A stretch of DNA of 64,000 nt, from assembly GCA_023213395.1 (NCBI GenBank), contig CM041465.1:225005741-225069740 (forward strand), given 5' to 3'. Source of the stretch: Cycas panzhihuaensis. Its lineage: Eukaryota > Plantae > Cycadophyta. The translations under genes were made by a program, and so were the position numbers. The notes beneath the pieces were generated by a model, which worked only from the letters and a program-made list of their open reading frames with translations, did not search any database and was not told the DNA's origin. This document shows positions 1 to 12,059 of this stretch, in pieces (the stretch's first letter is position 1; each line of letters opens with the position of its first letter).

Positions 1-1821
1 ACAAACCAAAATGTTACAATTGTGGGAAATTGGGACACATCAAAAAGGATTGTTAGGAATGGCAGTAACAACAGTGTTCACAATAGCATCAACAACAACC
101 TAGTAGCAAAAGCAATAGTAGCGACAACAACGACCATCTGGACAATGCGGTCATGTGACAAATGCAATAGAGGACATACCTGTTGAGATTGCAAAGTGGT
201 TTCTTGTTGTAGCACATAAGATAGGATCTGTTGCGCAGGATGTTTCATTTATTGATTTAGGTGCATCGAGGCATATGATTGACAGACTAAAATGGTTTTT
301 TCAAATGTGGAAGATGAATCAAAAGGTTACTATTATGGATGACATTGATCTGGAAGCCATAGGTGTTGGAAAAGTACCATTCATCATGCAAAATGGTGAA
401 CAATAGTATTTGGATAATGTTTTGTATGTACTAAATTTGAAGGCAAATGTTGTTTCTATAGGTGAAATTAAACAACAAGATATGACTGTAACATTTGTTT
501 GAGGATAGCGCACGATCTAAGACAAACAAAACAAGATTGTAGCCAAAGGGCTTAGAGAAAATAATTTGTATAAACTGCAAGGACAAAGTACAAAGAGAGT
601 TCTTTGTTGTATCTCTTAAATAAAAATTATGGCATGAAAGTATGGGTCATTTGAACTGCTCTAGTCTCTAATGGATGCATAAATTGAAAATGGTGCATGG
701 TCTTTTTATGATAAATGTTAAAAGTTGTTTGTATGAACCTTGTGTTTTTGGAAAACAGTATAGAGAGCCATTTTTGAAGAAGAAAGATCGAAGAGCTAGA
801 AAATAGTTAGGGTTGGTTCACTTAGATATCTATGGACCAATTGTTGTTATCTCAGTTGGTGGAGTAAGATATTTCATCATTTTCATTAATGACCTTTCAT
901 AAAAAGTTTGGATTTTTCCATTGAGGGAAAAATCTAAATCCTTCATCTACTTCAAACAGTTTAAGGAGTTGGTAGAGAATGAAAGTGGACACAAGATTAA
1001 GGTCTTGCAGACTGACAATGGTGGAAAATACACTTCAAATGAGTTTACTTAGTTCTGCAAGAATCATGGAATCGAGAGGTAGTTTCCTACTGCCTATACA
1101 CTTCAACAGAGTGGAGTTACTGAACTGATAAATAGAGTCATGGTTAAAAAAGCCAAAGCTATGGTGAAAGGCAAGAATGTAACAAATATTTTATGGGCAG
1201 AAGTTGTGAACATACCTACATATCTGACAAACAGAAGCATTACAAGGGTTGTTAGGAATATAACACCTAAGCAAACTTAGTCATATAAGAAATTGACTAT
1301 TTGTCATCTAAGAGTCTTTGGGTGTATAGTGTACATGCATATCCTAAAGGAAAAACAACAAAAGTTGGACAATAAAAGCACAAAGTGCATCCTTGTTGGA
1401 TAGTCAGATGAAAAGAAAGCATATAGAGTATATGAGTTGTCGACAAGGAAGGTTCATAGAATTCGTGATGTAATCTTCCATGAAGATGAGAGTCTAGATG
1501 TTGGTTCAAGTCATGTTGAGGGCCAGGTTGATGAGCTACCTGAATGCAGTTCTTCATATGATCTTGTTCAACCTGAATATGAGCCGTTTGACATTGTTAC
1601 AGCAACAGAGTTGAAATCCTTTTAGTTTCCAGAATCTGAATTTAAGTAGAAGCCAAAGATAGAGTCAAATCCAAAGCTCGAGAAATTGTTTATGCCTTCA
1701 CCTTCGTCTTCAAAGAAAAAACTTTTAAATGGTATTTGAAAACTATGGAGGGTGCTAAAATGTTATTACCTGAATTCGAGGGAGAGTGGAAGTCAAAATC
1801 GTGACCTTCTCAATAGGTGAA

Positions 1822-2404
1822 TGTAGTGATCTAATTCTACTTTTATAGCAATTTTCCTCAAAAATACAAGTAATAATCCACAAAAACAATAACTAGATGC
1901 TATTCAACAAGAAAAATGAACAATGAACAAGAATTACAAAATCCACAGAAGTAAATAATAGTCTTTATTGTCAAATAATACCAAAATAGAGCAAAAGTTC
2001 AACAAAGTACCTGTTTTTCCTGAAGACGTACGCTTCCCTCTTCGAGGCGAGGAACCCTCCAAACTGCAGCACCCAAATGGGCGAGCTAATTGCAGCCCTA
2101 GAACCGAAAATGCGCGACCAAAGAACCTTCGACGATGATGAAATGAGGCCGCAAATCCTCCTTAAATAGGCGGCCAAAGGATAGTAATAGAAGTCGGCCA
2201 GACTGGGTAATATTCTTCTTAAAACTGCTCAAATAGAAGTCGGCCAGAACTTCTCCAAAAACTAGCAGGGTAACTTTAAACGGCCATAACTTTTGATTGA
2301 GATGTCAGAATTGACTTTCGTCTGAACCGTTGGAATCCTTGTTCAAAGGCCTTCAATTTGAATGGTTACATGGCATAGTTTTGACTAGATTTTGGAATGC
2401 TACA
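1822..2404. mobile_element. Solo LTR inserted in the copia INT-RT linker
   Basis: Termini TGTAG...CTACA (inverted), perfect 5-bp TSD GTGAA at 1817-1821 and 2405-2409. Removing it restores the copia VN-MALVARV linker. Confidence 0.9.
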
Positions 2405-3971
2405 GTGAACATGGCTCTTGTGGCACGTGTCTTACATGTTGATGAATCATCTACTATTGAAGAAGCCGCCAAAGAGCAGAAGTGGAATGATGCTATGGAT
2501 ACTGAAATCCAAGCTATTAGGAAGAACTACACATGGGATTTGGTTGAATTGCTTGAAAAAAAGTATGCAATCAGTTCCAAATGGATCTATAGGACTAAGT
2601 TCAAATATGATGGATCTGTAGACAAATGTAAAGCTCGGCTAGTAGCAAAAGGCTTCAACTAGCAAGAAGGAATTGATTACCAAGAAACATTCGCTCCTAT
2701 TGCAAAGATGAATACTATCCTCCTCGTTGTGGTCATGGGTGCACAATTCAATTGGTAACTTCACTAGATGGATGTGAAAAGTGCATTTTTAAATGTGGAT
2801 CTAATAAAAGAAGTCTACATAGAGCAGCCACCTAGCTTTGTTGAAAAAGGTCAAGAGTACTTGGTATGCAAATTCAGAAAGGCCTTGTATGGCTTGAAAT
2901 AGGCTCCTAGAGCTTGGTATGAAAAGATTGATCAGTACTTCAAAAAAACAGATTTAAGAGATCTCCAGTTAACTCAAATCTATGCATCAAAGCCGTAAAT
3001 GATAAAATTATGCTTGTGGTGTTGTATGTTAATGATCTACTTATCAATGATATTGATATGATATCAAATTTAAAGATAGATCTTAGTCATTTCTTTGAGA
3101 TGACGGATATGAGAATTCTACACTACTTTTTGGAGTGGAAGTATGGCAAAGGTTTGAACATGTCTTCATTTTGCAAGCAAAATACACTTAGAGAATTTTC
3201 TGATAGCAAACCTGCACCTACCCCGATGGAGACAAGTTCTAAATTGACAATGAAAAATTATGGAGAAAATGTTGGTCCAACGATATAACGATGTACAAAC
3301 AACTGCTTGGAAGTCTAATATACTTAATTACTACTAGCCCTAATATTTCTTTTGCAGTTGGAATGGTGTCTAGGTTTACATCAGCACCAAAACAGAGCCA
3401 CTAAAATGTTGCTCAAAGGATCCTCAAATACTTGAAAGGAACTATTTCATATCGGCTTGAATTCAATCATAATAAGAATTTCAAATTAACCAGATTCACA
3501 GATTCTAATTGGGACAAATGTGCAAAATGTAGAAGGTTGACTTCTGGTTATTGTTTTAGTTTGGGTTCAACTACAGTCACTTGGAGTAGTGAAAGGCAAT
3601 CAAATGTTGTTTTGTCCTCAACTAAAGCATAGTATAAAGTTGTAGTTATAATTGTTGTTGAAGCCATTTGGTTACAACAGATTCCGCATGACATGGGACT
3701 ACTGCAATTACAACCAATCGTATTGTATTGTGACAATTAGAGTACTTTAAATATTGCAAAGAATCCCATGTTCCACGCTCGCACCAAACATATTGAGGTG
3801 CACCATCACTTTATTTGTGAATTGATTTAGAAAGGAGTGATTGAGATAGTGCACAGGCCAATAGACGAGCAACTGGCTAACATCTTCACCAAACCACTAC
3901 CACATGATAGATTCCAAACTTTCAATGATGGCTTAGGTGTCAAGATAAATGAAATTAACATTAAGGGGGAG

Positions 3972-4291
3972 TGTTGATATTTGATGTTTATTGTGGCTCA
4001 TAATTTTGGGTTATGAGTTTCTTCTTTAAATTTTGTATTTTATTAGTTATTAGTTTTTTTTAATGTTATATGAGTTGGTGAGTCATCTGGGGTTACACTT
4101 CCCACCTCACGTGTCAATCCTTTTGGGATCAATATTCCATTTAGGTTTGTATAAAAGCACATATTGTGCATTGTAAAGGTAATTTAATGGAACGAGATTT
4201 AATTTTCATTTTGTGAAATCAATTTTCATTAAGTGAATAGGTTAATCCACCCATTTAGGTTTTCTCCATGCATGCCTTGAATTTTACTACA
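3972..4291 (+). repeat. 3' LTR of the first copia element
   Basis: Starts TGTTG directly after the PPT, contains TATAAA, ends ...ACTACA. The right end is approximate because no partner LTR is in the window. Confidence 0.75.
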
Positions 4292-4329
4292 TTGAGGCCA
4301 CAACAATTTTACTAATAGCTCTTGGAGTC

Positions 4330-5005
4330 ACTTGAGTGATATGTTTGCCTTTATTTCTAAAAGTTCTTTCATTTTGCTTTTTCCAGATGTTCCACAAAAT
4401 AAAGACAAGAACAAGATCCTAGGCCTGTTGGAGAATTCTAGATTCTACCTCGAGGTTCTTCTATCTTTTTAAAAACTTTTGAATCCTGTAATCTCTCTTA
4501 ATCAGGGATCTAAAAATAGTCTCAAACTAGTCCCACAAATGATTAGTGATTTCGCATCTTAAGAAAAGGTGGTTAATGTCTTCTTCAGACTCAACATAGA
4601 AGACACAAATAGACAGGCCTCTCATTCCTCTTTTTTGAAGATTTTTGTAAGGATACCATTATGGCCCACCTCCCATAAAAAGGTTGATATTTTGGGCCAT
4701 AGATCCATAAGCCAAGTTTTTAACCATAAATTCCTTGGGCCAAAACTCACTTCATCTGCAACATAAGAACTATAACCCTATTTAACAATAAAGGAACCTA
4801 TCCCCTTAGAACCTCATCTTAGGAAATCTAAGCCTAGCCCATAAGGGATAACTCTTCTTTGAATAAGGCTCCATAATCTCCCTTTCTCTTCAACCTGAAT
4901 ATCCTTTAGCCAAGATTTGGGCAGTTTACATACCCTGATGAAAGGGGTGTCTCCATCCTCCCTGGTATGATCATCTATCGAATAGTTCTTAACTCTAATC
5001 CAACC
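4330..5005 (-). mobile_element. L1-type LINE ORF2 3' fragment (zf-RVT region)
   Basis: Minus-strand translation around 4530-4710: LWPKISTFLWEVGHNGILT..NLQKRG...SICVF..EEDINHLFLRC...LW. Ends approximate. Confidence 0.75.
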
Positions 5006-5009
5006 CTCC

Positions 5010-5950
5010 TTATTTTAATCATTTTTAATTATATTTGAACTCGTTATTTTTCTTGGGTTGCGTGAATACAACCATACTTTAATTGTTTTAATTTTTTTAA
5101 ATTCTATTTGAAGTTGGTATTTTTCTTAAAATACAAGAACACAACATGCCCTTTCCTATTGAAAAGGGAGTTTTACTGTCAAAGCTCAAGTATAGGTGGA
5201 TTATGCTTCCACCATGATTTTTCTTTTGCTTGAACTTTGCATATGTTTTTAGGGGTTGGCCCCTTTTGGTCTACTTCATCATACTTACGCCATTGCCAAT
5301 GTGTAGCAAGTTTTCTCTTCTTGATTTGTTGGGTCCTCCAAGCATTTTTGAGCTTTAATGAATTCTTGGGATTATTTTTGGTGATTGGTGATTCCTCATG
5401 ACGTCTTGTTAGCGAAATGTATGTGTCTCTTAGAACCTATGTTTTTGATGGAATAGCCTTGACTATGGAACATTCAACATCCCCCTTAGAAATTTTCCAT
5501 GGAATACTAATGGGTTTTATTAGTACTGAGAACATTTGCATTGAGGTTTCAAGTTGCTCAAGATCCTACATCCTGTTTCCATATTGTAATAATGGGAGTT
5601 CTTCCTTGAAACAAGGTAGGAATGGGTGTAAAATTATGGATCTCATGTATTCAAGTGGTTTAGAAGTGAAGAAGGAATAAGAACACGATCTTAATTAAAG
5701 AATTGATTGAGATGAAGACACATAAGAGGGGTATATAGAATTTAGGGATTGAATCAGTTGGCTAAAATATAATGAAAGATATAATTGGGGTTTTATATGG
5801 GCATGCGATAAGGGTGGGAACTTAGAGAAAAAATAGAATGATTTGGAAAATGAGGTTTGAAGGTAAGGGGCATGAGGGCCATGTGAAAGATTGGGGGATG
5901 ACCTATGTGTAGGATTAATGGAAGAAGGGTGTTGACTTACGTTTCTCACT
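5010..5950 (-). mobile_element. Truncated gypsy remnant: partial 3' LTR (5010-5146), PPT and decayed internal sequence
   Basis: 5015-5190 aligns with the LTR/PPT at 12205-12375 (ttgcgtgaatacaa...caacatgccctttcctattga). PPT AGGAAAGGGCA on the minus strand. Confidence 0.65.
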
Positions 5951-5972
5951 ACACTCGTGAGATAGGTACACT

Positions 5973-7512
5973 TGTCAAGATAGCACAGGTAGTCTAGTCT
6001 AGGATAGAGTCAACATATTCATCTACATAGATTACACGGATTTATTAACAATTCCACATAATCATGTCACAATTTACACACAACAATACATTAATCAACA
6101 CATATTCAGCATCCAATCTTCACAAAACACATAGAATCAACATTTCCATGTAACTCTTCTTTTATTAAGCAATAAGTTTTTGTACACAAGTTGCTAGAAT
6201 GCATTCCCTATGCATTCCAGCCACATACACTACTACTGTCACATGCGTACCCAGAAGGTACACATCATTATACACTGCTTTAGGCTGTTGTCATATGTAC
6301 TAGCTTCCGTACCATTGAGTGTCTGAATACTTGGCTCTCACCCTAGCCGAATGATCCTTGTGAAGTCTCTTAAATACGCCTCCTTGGTGTCCTTTGGCTG
6401 AAGGGTTATGACTCCCTGTCATAATTGTACCTTTTCAGTCATAAGCGTACCTTCTGTTAACCATTAGTTAACCTTCTTAATTGTTGTCTCTAACCATCCA
6501 TACGTCCGTACGTACGTCTGACATCATCCCAGGTATCCATCTATCAGGTCCTGCCATGCGTACCTTCTCTATTTGCTTGTGTACTGCCAGGAATGCGTAT
6601 CGTGTTATGCACCTTTTCGTGCACGCACTTGTCATACATATCCAGAATGCTATTTTTTCCACATTTCTGCCTCATGCGTACCTCTGTATGGTCTGTGCCT
6701 GCACATCCAAGGTTACACAGCCTATCTCTGGTCTCCTCATAGCCCAGTGTGTCAAATTATGTCCCAACATCTATCCCGAGTCAACATGATGGGTTTGAGC
6801 ATCCTTGCTCAACAAAAAAAGTCAAAATTTTGGGGCATTCCTCCCCCTCTCTGTCTCAAGGCTACTCCTGTTGCCTTTGTCCTGTCGACGAATCTTTTGT
6901 GGCCAAAATTTCTTCATTTATTTGAGTAAGTGTGGCAATTATTGCATCCTTTTCTTTGATTTTTTCTTGAAGGGCAGTTATCTCTGCTTTGTACCCTTCT
7001 TCCATTTCTTTAATCAACTGGATAATCTAGCATGATTTATCATTTGATAGAGGTGGTGCTGATGTTTCTTCCAATGAAGGCTCCTCTTCTTCCCCCTCTT
7101 CAGGTTCTCCTTCATCTTTCTTCCTTTTGCTGCTTTTCCGGATTGTTTGTTTGGTACGATGAGGAATGGGTGTCCCGGGGGTTTGTTGTAACCATTTAAG
7201 AATTTTGGTCATTTGCTTTTGAATCCTTTTTCTCAATTCTTGATCCTGAGTAATGTCTAGAAACCCAGTCACCCATTGTTTTATAAGTGGCTCCCTTGAA
7301 GAAATAGTTGTTTTTGTTAGCTGCGCACTTGGACATTGATAAAATCGGATGGCTAACAACAAGGAAGGGTGACAAAAAGGGTGTGTCGTTATTTCCTAGA
7401 TTTGCTGCCTCATGTTAACTGCTAAAAACTCTGACCAATCCAGCTTCTCTCCATCTCAGATCTTTGGTAATACTAGCATCATTCCTCCTGGAATGTATGT
7501 GTACTTCCTTTT
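5973..7512 (-). mobile_element. 3' end of an Athila/Tat-like gypsy element: 3' LTR (~5973-6837), PPT and accessory ORF fragment
   Basis: PPT AGAGAGGGGGAGGAA at 6838-6852 (minus) followed by TG. Putative LTR ends TTGACA and has recurrent (A)TGCGTACC motifs. ORF fragment 7027-7512 is similar to the accessory ORF at 27440-29253. Confidence 0.7.
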
Positions 7513-7739
7513 TGATAGAAATCTAGAATTGATGACTTTGACTTTTTATCATTAGTTGTAATGTTTTAGGAAACATAAGGGTCATGTATTAAAACTCTTT
7601 TTATGTAAACATGCCAAGTGTTTGACAAGTGTCAACCAGACACATAACGGTTACAACTACTTGATATATATTTAAAAGAGTTGAACTCTCCCACATTAAT
7701 GCATTGAGTTATTCACCTATTGTGCTGTGAATCCTAACA
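7513..7739 (+). repeat. Short LTR-like sequence preceding the copia gag fragment
   Basis: TGATAGAAAT...ATCCTAACA imperfect inverted termini and a TATA-like TATATATTTAAA. No PBS or TSD. Confidence 0.45.
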
Positions 7740-10700
7740 AATCTTGCTTTGGTTGCTACATGGGTAGCTAAGGTTGAAAATGTCTTAGCTTTTATTCATA
7801 TGATTGTGGATACAAATGTTGATCAAAATATTGCCTGTGCTCGTACCTCTAAAGAAGCTTGGGATACTTTGATTTTATTATATGAAAGGCAAGAGGATGC
7901 TCGCATTGTTATGATTAAGGCCAAGTTGTTTATATTGAGATATGTTGAACCTATGGTTGCTTTCTTATCTTCTATTAAAGAAATCAGTAATGAGTTAACT
8001 ACACTTGGCAAACTAGCTTCTAATGAAGACCTTGTTACTGCCACTCTTCATGCACTTCCGAGGGAGTACAATGGCTTCATCTTATCAGTTACACGAGATA
8101 CTACACTTGGCACCATGACTTTCAACCAACTTGAAAGTCTTCTACTGCAAGAAGAGCAAATCTACTCATGATAGGATGAACCTTCTATTTCGGTAGCTTC
8201 CACGGCCAAGTATAAATCCAAGAAGAATCCCAAACAAAATCTTCACAAATAGTTTGGGAACATGAGTATTGGCACATCAAAAGCCAATCTCATATGTCAC
8301 TATTATGGTAAGATGGGCCACATTGCACTTGAGTGTTGGAAAAGGCAATCTAACATGCAACAACAACAACAATTTTAACAACCTAGACAACAACAACCAC
8401 GACAGTAGCATAATCAATAGCAGCAACAACCCCCTAGACCAAATCAAGGTGGATTTCGAAGAGGTCACATAGGAAGGGGGGGCTTTAGAGGTGGCAATCA
8501 ACACTACACCAATTAGTTTGCTAATGAAGACAAGTTGTTTTATGCTTATCACAACTCAAAAAGTGATAACACATGGATTATTGATTCGAGAGCATCTTGA
8601 CACATGACCGGTGATGAAGAGTTGCTCTATGATGTTCAAAACGGAAGAGGGAAAATAGTTACTTTTGGTAATAATGAGACAATTCAGATTTTTGAAGTGG
8701 GTAGAATTGGCTCCTTCCACTCTCGAGATCACCCTACTTCAACATTTCCCAAGGGTGATACTTACTTGGTGCCTTTAATGTTATTCTTCAAGTTACATCC
8801 ACGAAGAAGCTACCTAAATGATACACTCGGATAGTACAAGACAATCAAGTCATAGAAGAAAAATATCCATCTAAAATGAGGCAGCACTCAGTCAACTATG
8901 CACTTATGATTTAAGTGCTTTGTGTAGATGAGCCTTCCACTTTTGAGGAGGCATGTAAAAGTAAAAAGTGGAAAGTTGCTATGGATGATGAAATCTATTC
9001 TATTGAAAACAATGGATCTTGGGATTTAATAGAGTTGCCTACAAATAAATGGGCAATCAATTGTAAATAGGTGTATAAAACCAAATTCTAATTTGATGGT
9101 TCAATCGAGCGTCATAATGCTAGAGTTGTTGCAAAGGGATTCAAACAAAGGGAAGGCATTGATTATGAGGATACCTTTGCATTTGTGGTAAATATGAACA
9201 CCATCAGACTCATATTGGCCTTAGTTGCTCAATGCAAGTGGCCAATCTATCATATGCACGTGAAGAGCGCCTTTCTCAATGGCGATCTTCAAGAGGAGGT
9301 TTATTTAGAGCTACCTCCTGGATATGTTGCACGTGGCAAAGAATATTTGGTCTGTCGCCTTAAAATGGCATTGTATGGTTTGAAACAAGCCCCAAGGGCA
9401 TGGTACTTTAAAATTGATGATTATTTTTTTGAAACATGGATATCATCGATCCTCGTTAGATCCTAACTTGTACATAAAAGTTAGGAATAACAATGCAATC
9501 TTTTCCATTTTATATGTTGATGACTTTGTGATCACTGGAAGTGACACTAAGATGATACAAACTCTCCAGGATGACCTTAAGAAGAGTTTTGATATAACTA
9601 ATCTTGGACTTTTCTATTATTTCTCAGGCATGGAGATGTGGCAACAACCAGGTCATATCTTCATTTCCTAAGCTAAATATTCTTGGGACATTTTGCAGTG
9701 ATTTATAATGGAGGACTACAAACCATCGTTTACCCCCATAGAGAATGGAACAAAATTGTCACTTGATGAGGAAGCAACACCAACAAATCTCACTTTATAT
9801 TAGTAACTAGTGGGTAGCCTAATCTACTTGACCAACACTAGATCAAATCTTTCGTTTATAGTTAGAATTTGCTCCAGATACATGTCTCAACCCAATTAGA
9901 AACATTAGAATGCAATAGAACGTATACTGAGATATCTCAAAGGCACATTTCAGCATCACCCTTAGTATGCACACAATGAGAACTTCATTTTGGAGGGTTT
10001 CTCGGATTCTGATTAGGCAGGGTACCAAGATAGTCGTCACTCAACCTGGGGATATTGCTTCACCCTTGGTTCAAGAATCATTTTATAGAGTTACAAGAAG
10101 CAACCTAATATTACCTTGTCCTCCACTGAAGCAGAGTACAAAGCTGCAATCAGTGCAGCTTGTGAGGCTATTTGGCTAAGAAGGATTCTTAACGAGCTTG
10201 AACTTGAGCACGATCACCCCACCAAGTTGTATTATGACAACCAAAGCGTGTTCAAGTTGACTAAGAATCTAGTTGCCTTGAAAACCAAGACAAAGCTATT
10301 GACCGTCCCATAATAACAAACCAATTTCTTAGAGAGGGCATAAAGTGACAATGACAATGGGTTGTAGATGTCAAGAATGGCTACATACTTGCAGCGAGCC
10401 AACTAGGGTGGGACAACCATGAAAAGAAGGAATCCCCCTACCCAAAATACATTTGTCTGATGTCATCCAGCCTCAAATGCACTCAAGAAACCCCTGTGGA
10501 GAAATTACATGGGATTCCTATAGAACTTAGATAGCAAGAATCGTTTCCAACACGGTCACATAAGCAACATAGCATGACTTATAACTTAGAGGGACCTGCA
10601 TTTATCATGAGTTCCAAAATAAGGTATTGACAAATGCATACCCATACACAACTCAAGGAATTGAGACATTGAAAGGCATGTAACAAAATAAAGGGACTTG

Positions 10701-11773
10701 TACTAGGGGGAATCCATTTGGTTGGCTACAATTCCTGTTGCACCCCATGTGTTACTGTGTGAATAGGAAACTTGAAACATGTCAACCAACCTAACAAAGG
10801 CACGAGGCCAACACTCAGAATAACCCAACATGAAACCAAAGAAATGACCACATTTCATATGCATTAGTGACAAGGCCTCATGAAACAAGGGGTTGCCTGC
10901 TTGCCAAGAGCCAATGGTCCAACTTCCAATAAAGAGATAATTGTCTACCAAGAAGTAAAGCTTTCCATCGAAAGGAGCCAGCCATCTGAGAGTCAAAGAA
11001 ATCCACCCAACAGCTAGGGACACTAAGAATTGTTTTGACCAAGCACATTGAGGTCCATAACCACTTCATCAAAGAACATGTGCAGACAGTGAGATCAACC
11101 TCTTCTACAAGCTCACGGACTAGCATTTATTTGACATCTTTATCAAGCCACTTGGTAGAGAGAAATTTGAGAAATTCAGAGAAGGTCTTGGTGTCCAACT
11201 TAACATTGTAAACATTAAGGGGGGATCTTAAGACCTTTATGTTTATATGTTAGGTATTGTACTTTATATTGTATTATTGATGTACTTTATATAACTTTAT
11301 GTTAGGCTAACTTCTCACCTAATCTGATAAAGTACACACCCACATTCTTTCTAGTGACCTGTTGTTGTAACTTAAGTGTTAATGTACCCTTATGTACTTT
11401 TGCTCATAAAGAGAGTCCAAGGGATACTTGTCCCACATGCAAAGGGTATAACTTGGATGTTTGACGCTTATTGAACATCCAACCACCCTAGGTCCTCCTT
11501 CACATCTATATAAGGAGGTCAAACCTCATGTATCACATGAAGTGAGTGAGTTTGTACTATTATGTTGCTAGTTTGAATCCAAATCAATCTTGTTTATTTT
11601 GGAGTAAGAACAAATTCCTTCTCCTCCATATTTTGTGTTCATCTTATGCTTGAGTTCATTTTGCTTCATGCTTGCTTAGGTGCTTATATTCTAGGCTGCT
11701 TATTCTTGATGCTAATCATCTTCATATGCTAGCCAACTTCCTCTTCATAAGATCCTAAGGGTTGCGCTCATCA
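7740..11773 (+). mobile_element. Degenerate Ty1/copia with the integrase deleted; 3' LTR at 11226-11773
   Basis: Gag (ARTSKEAWDTL, LHALPREYNGFI), Zn knuckle ICHYYGKMGHIALECW, Gln-rich tail and PR WIIDSRAS*HMTGD. At ~8775 it jumps to the pre-RT linker (KKLPK). RT (ALYGLKQAPRAW, ILYVDDFVITG), RNase H (SSTEAEYKAA), PPT TTAAGGGGGGA at 11215-11225. Confidence 0.92.
10276..11035 (-). other. Unclassified ~760-bp insertion in the copia RNase H, possibly a LINE 3' remnant
   Basis: Interrupts TKNLV|...TKHIEVHNHF. Minus strand has a weak KWIPPS motif near 10700-10720. No LTR termini. Confidence 0.4.
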
Positions 11774-12059
11774 TCTATGGGTGTGAAGGATGAATGCCAT
11801 CTTCAACACAACCTAGGCAGCACCCACAATTTCATTAACAGCCAAGTTGCCAAACAAGCGGTGCTACGAATAGAGAACACAAAGAACTTTAAAATCTTCA
11901 TTCAAGGAGGACAATCAATAACTTGCCAAGGGGAAATTAAACATCAATGCATTTAGATTGGTAACTACCAATTCTCTTCAAGTTGTTGCACATTCCTAAT
12001 TGGAGGATTTGCTATAGTCTTAGGAGTTGAATGGTTGAGCATGTTTGGGTCCTACATTA
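11774..12059 (+). mobile_element. Gypsy (chromovirus-type) aspartic protease fragment
   Basis: NLGSTHNFINSQVAK...GGQSITCQG...IGGFAIVLGVEWL resembles the DSGSTHNFI...D-LG-WL protease pattern. Confidence 0.75.

Larger units (their letters stand above)
1..4291 (+). mobile_element. Degenerate Ty1/copia LTR retrotransposon, 5' part outside the window (gag Zn knuckle, PR, INT, RT, RNase H, PPT, 3' LTR)
   Basis: KCYNCGKLGHIKKDC at 9-53; FIDLGASRHM (PR); LQTDNGGKY (INT); WIYRTKFKYDGSVDKCKARLVAKGF and VVLYVNDLLI (RT); FTDSNWD/TSGYCFSLG/RTKHIEVHHHFI (RNase H). Copia domain order, many stops and frameshifts. PPT TTAAGGGGGAG at 3961-3971. Confidence 0.95.
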
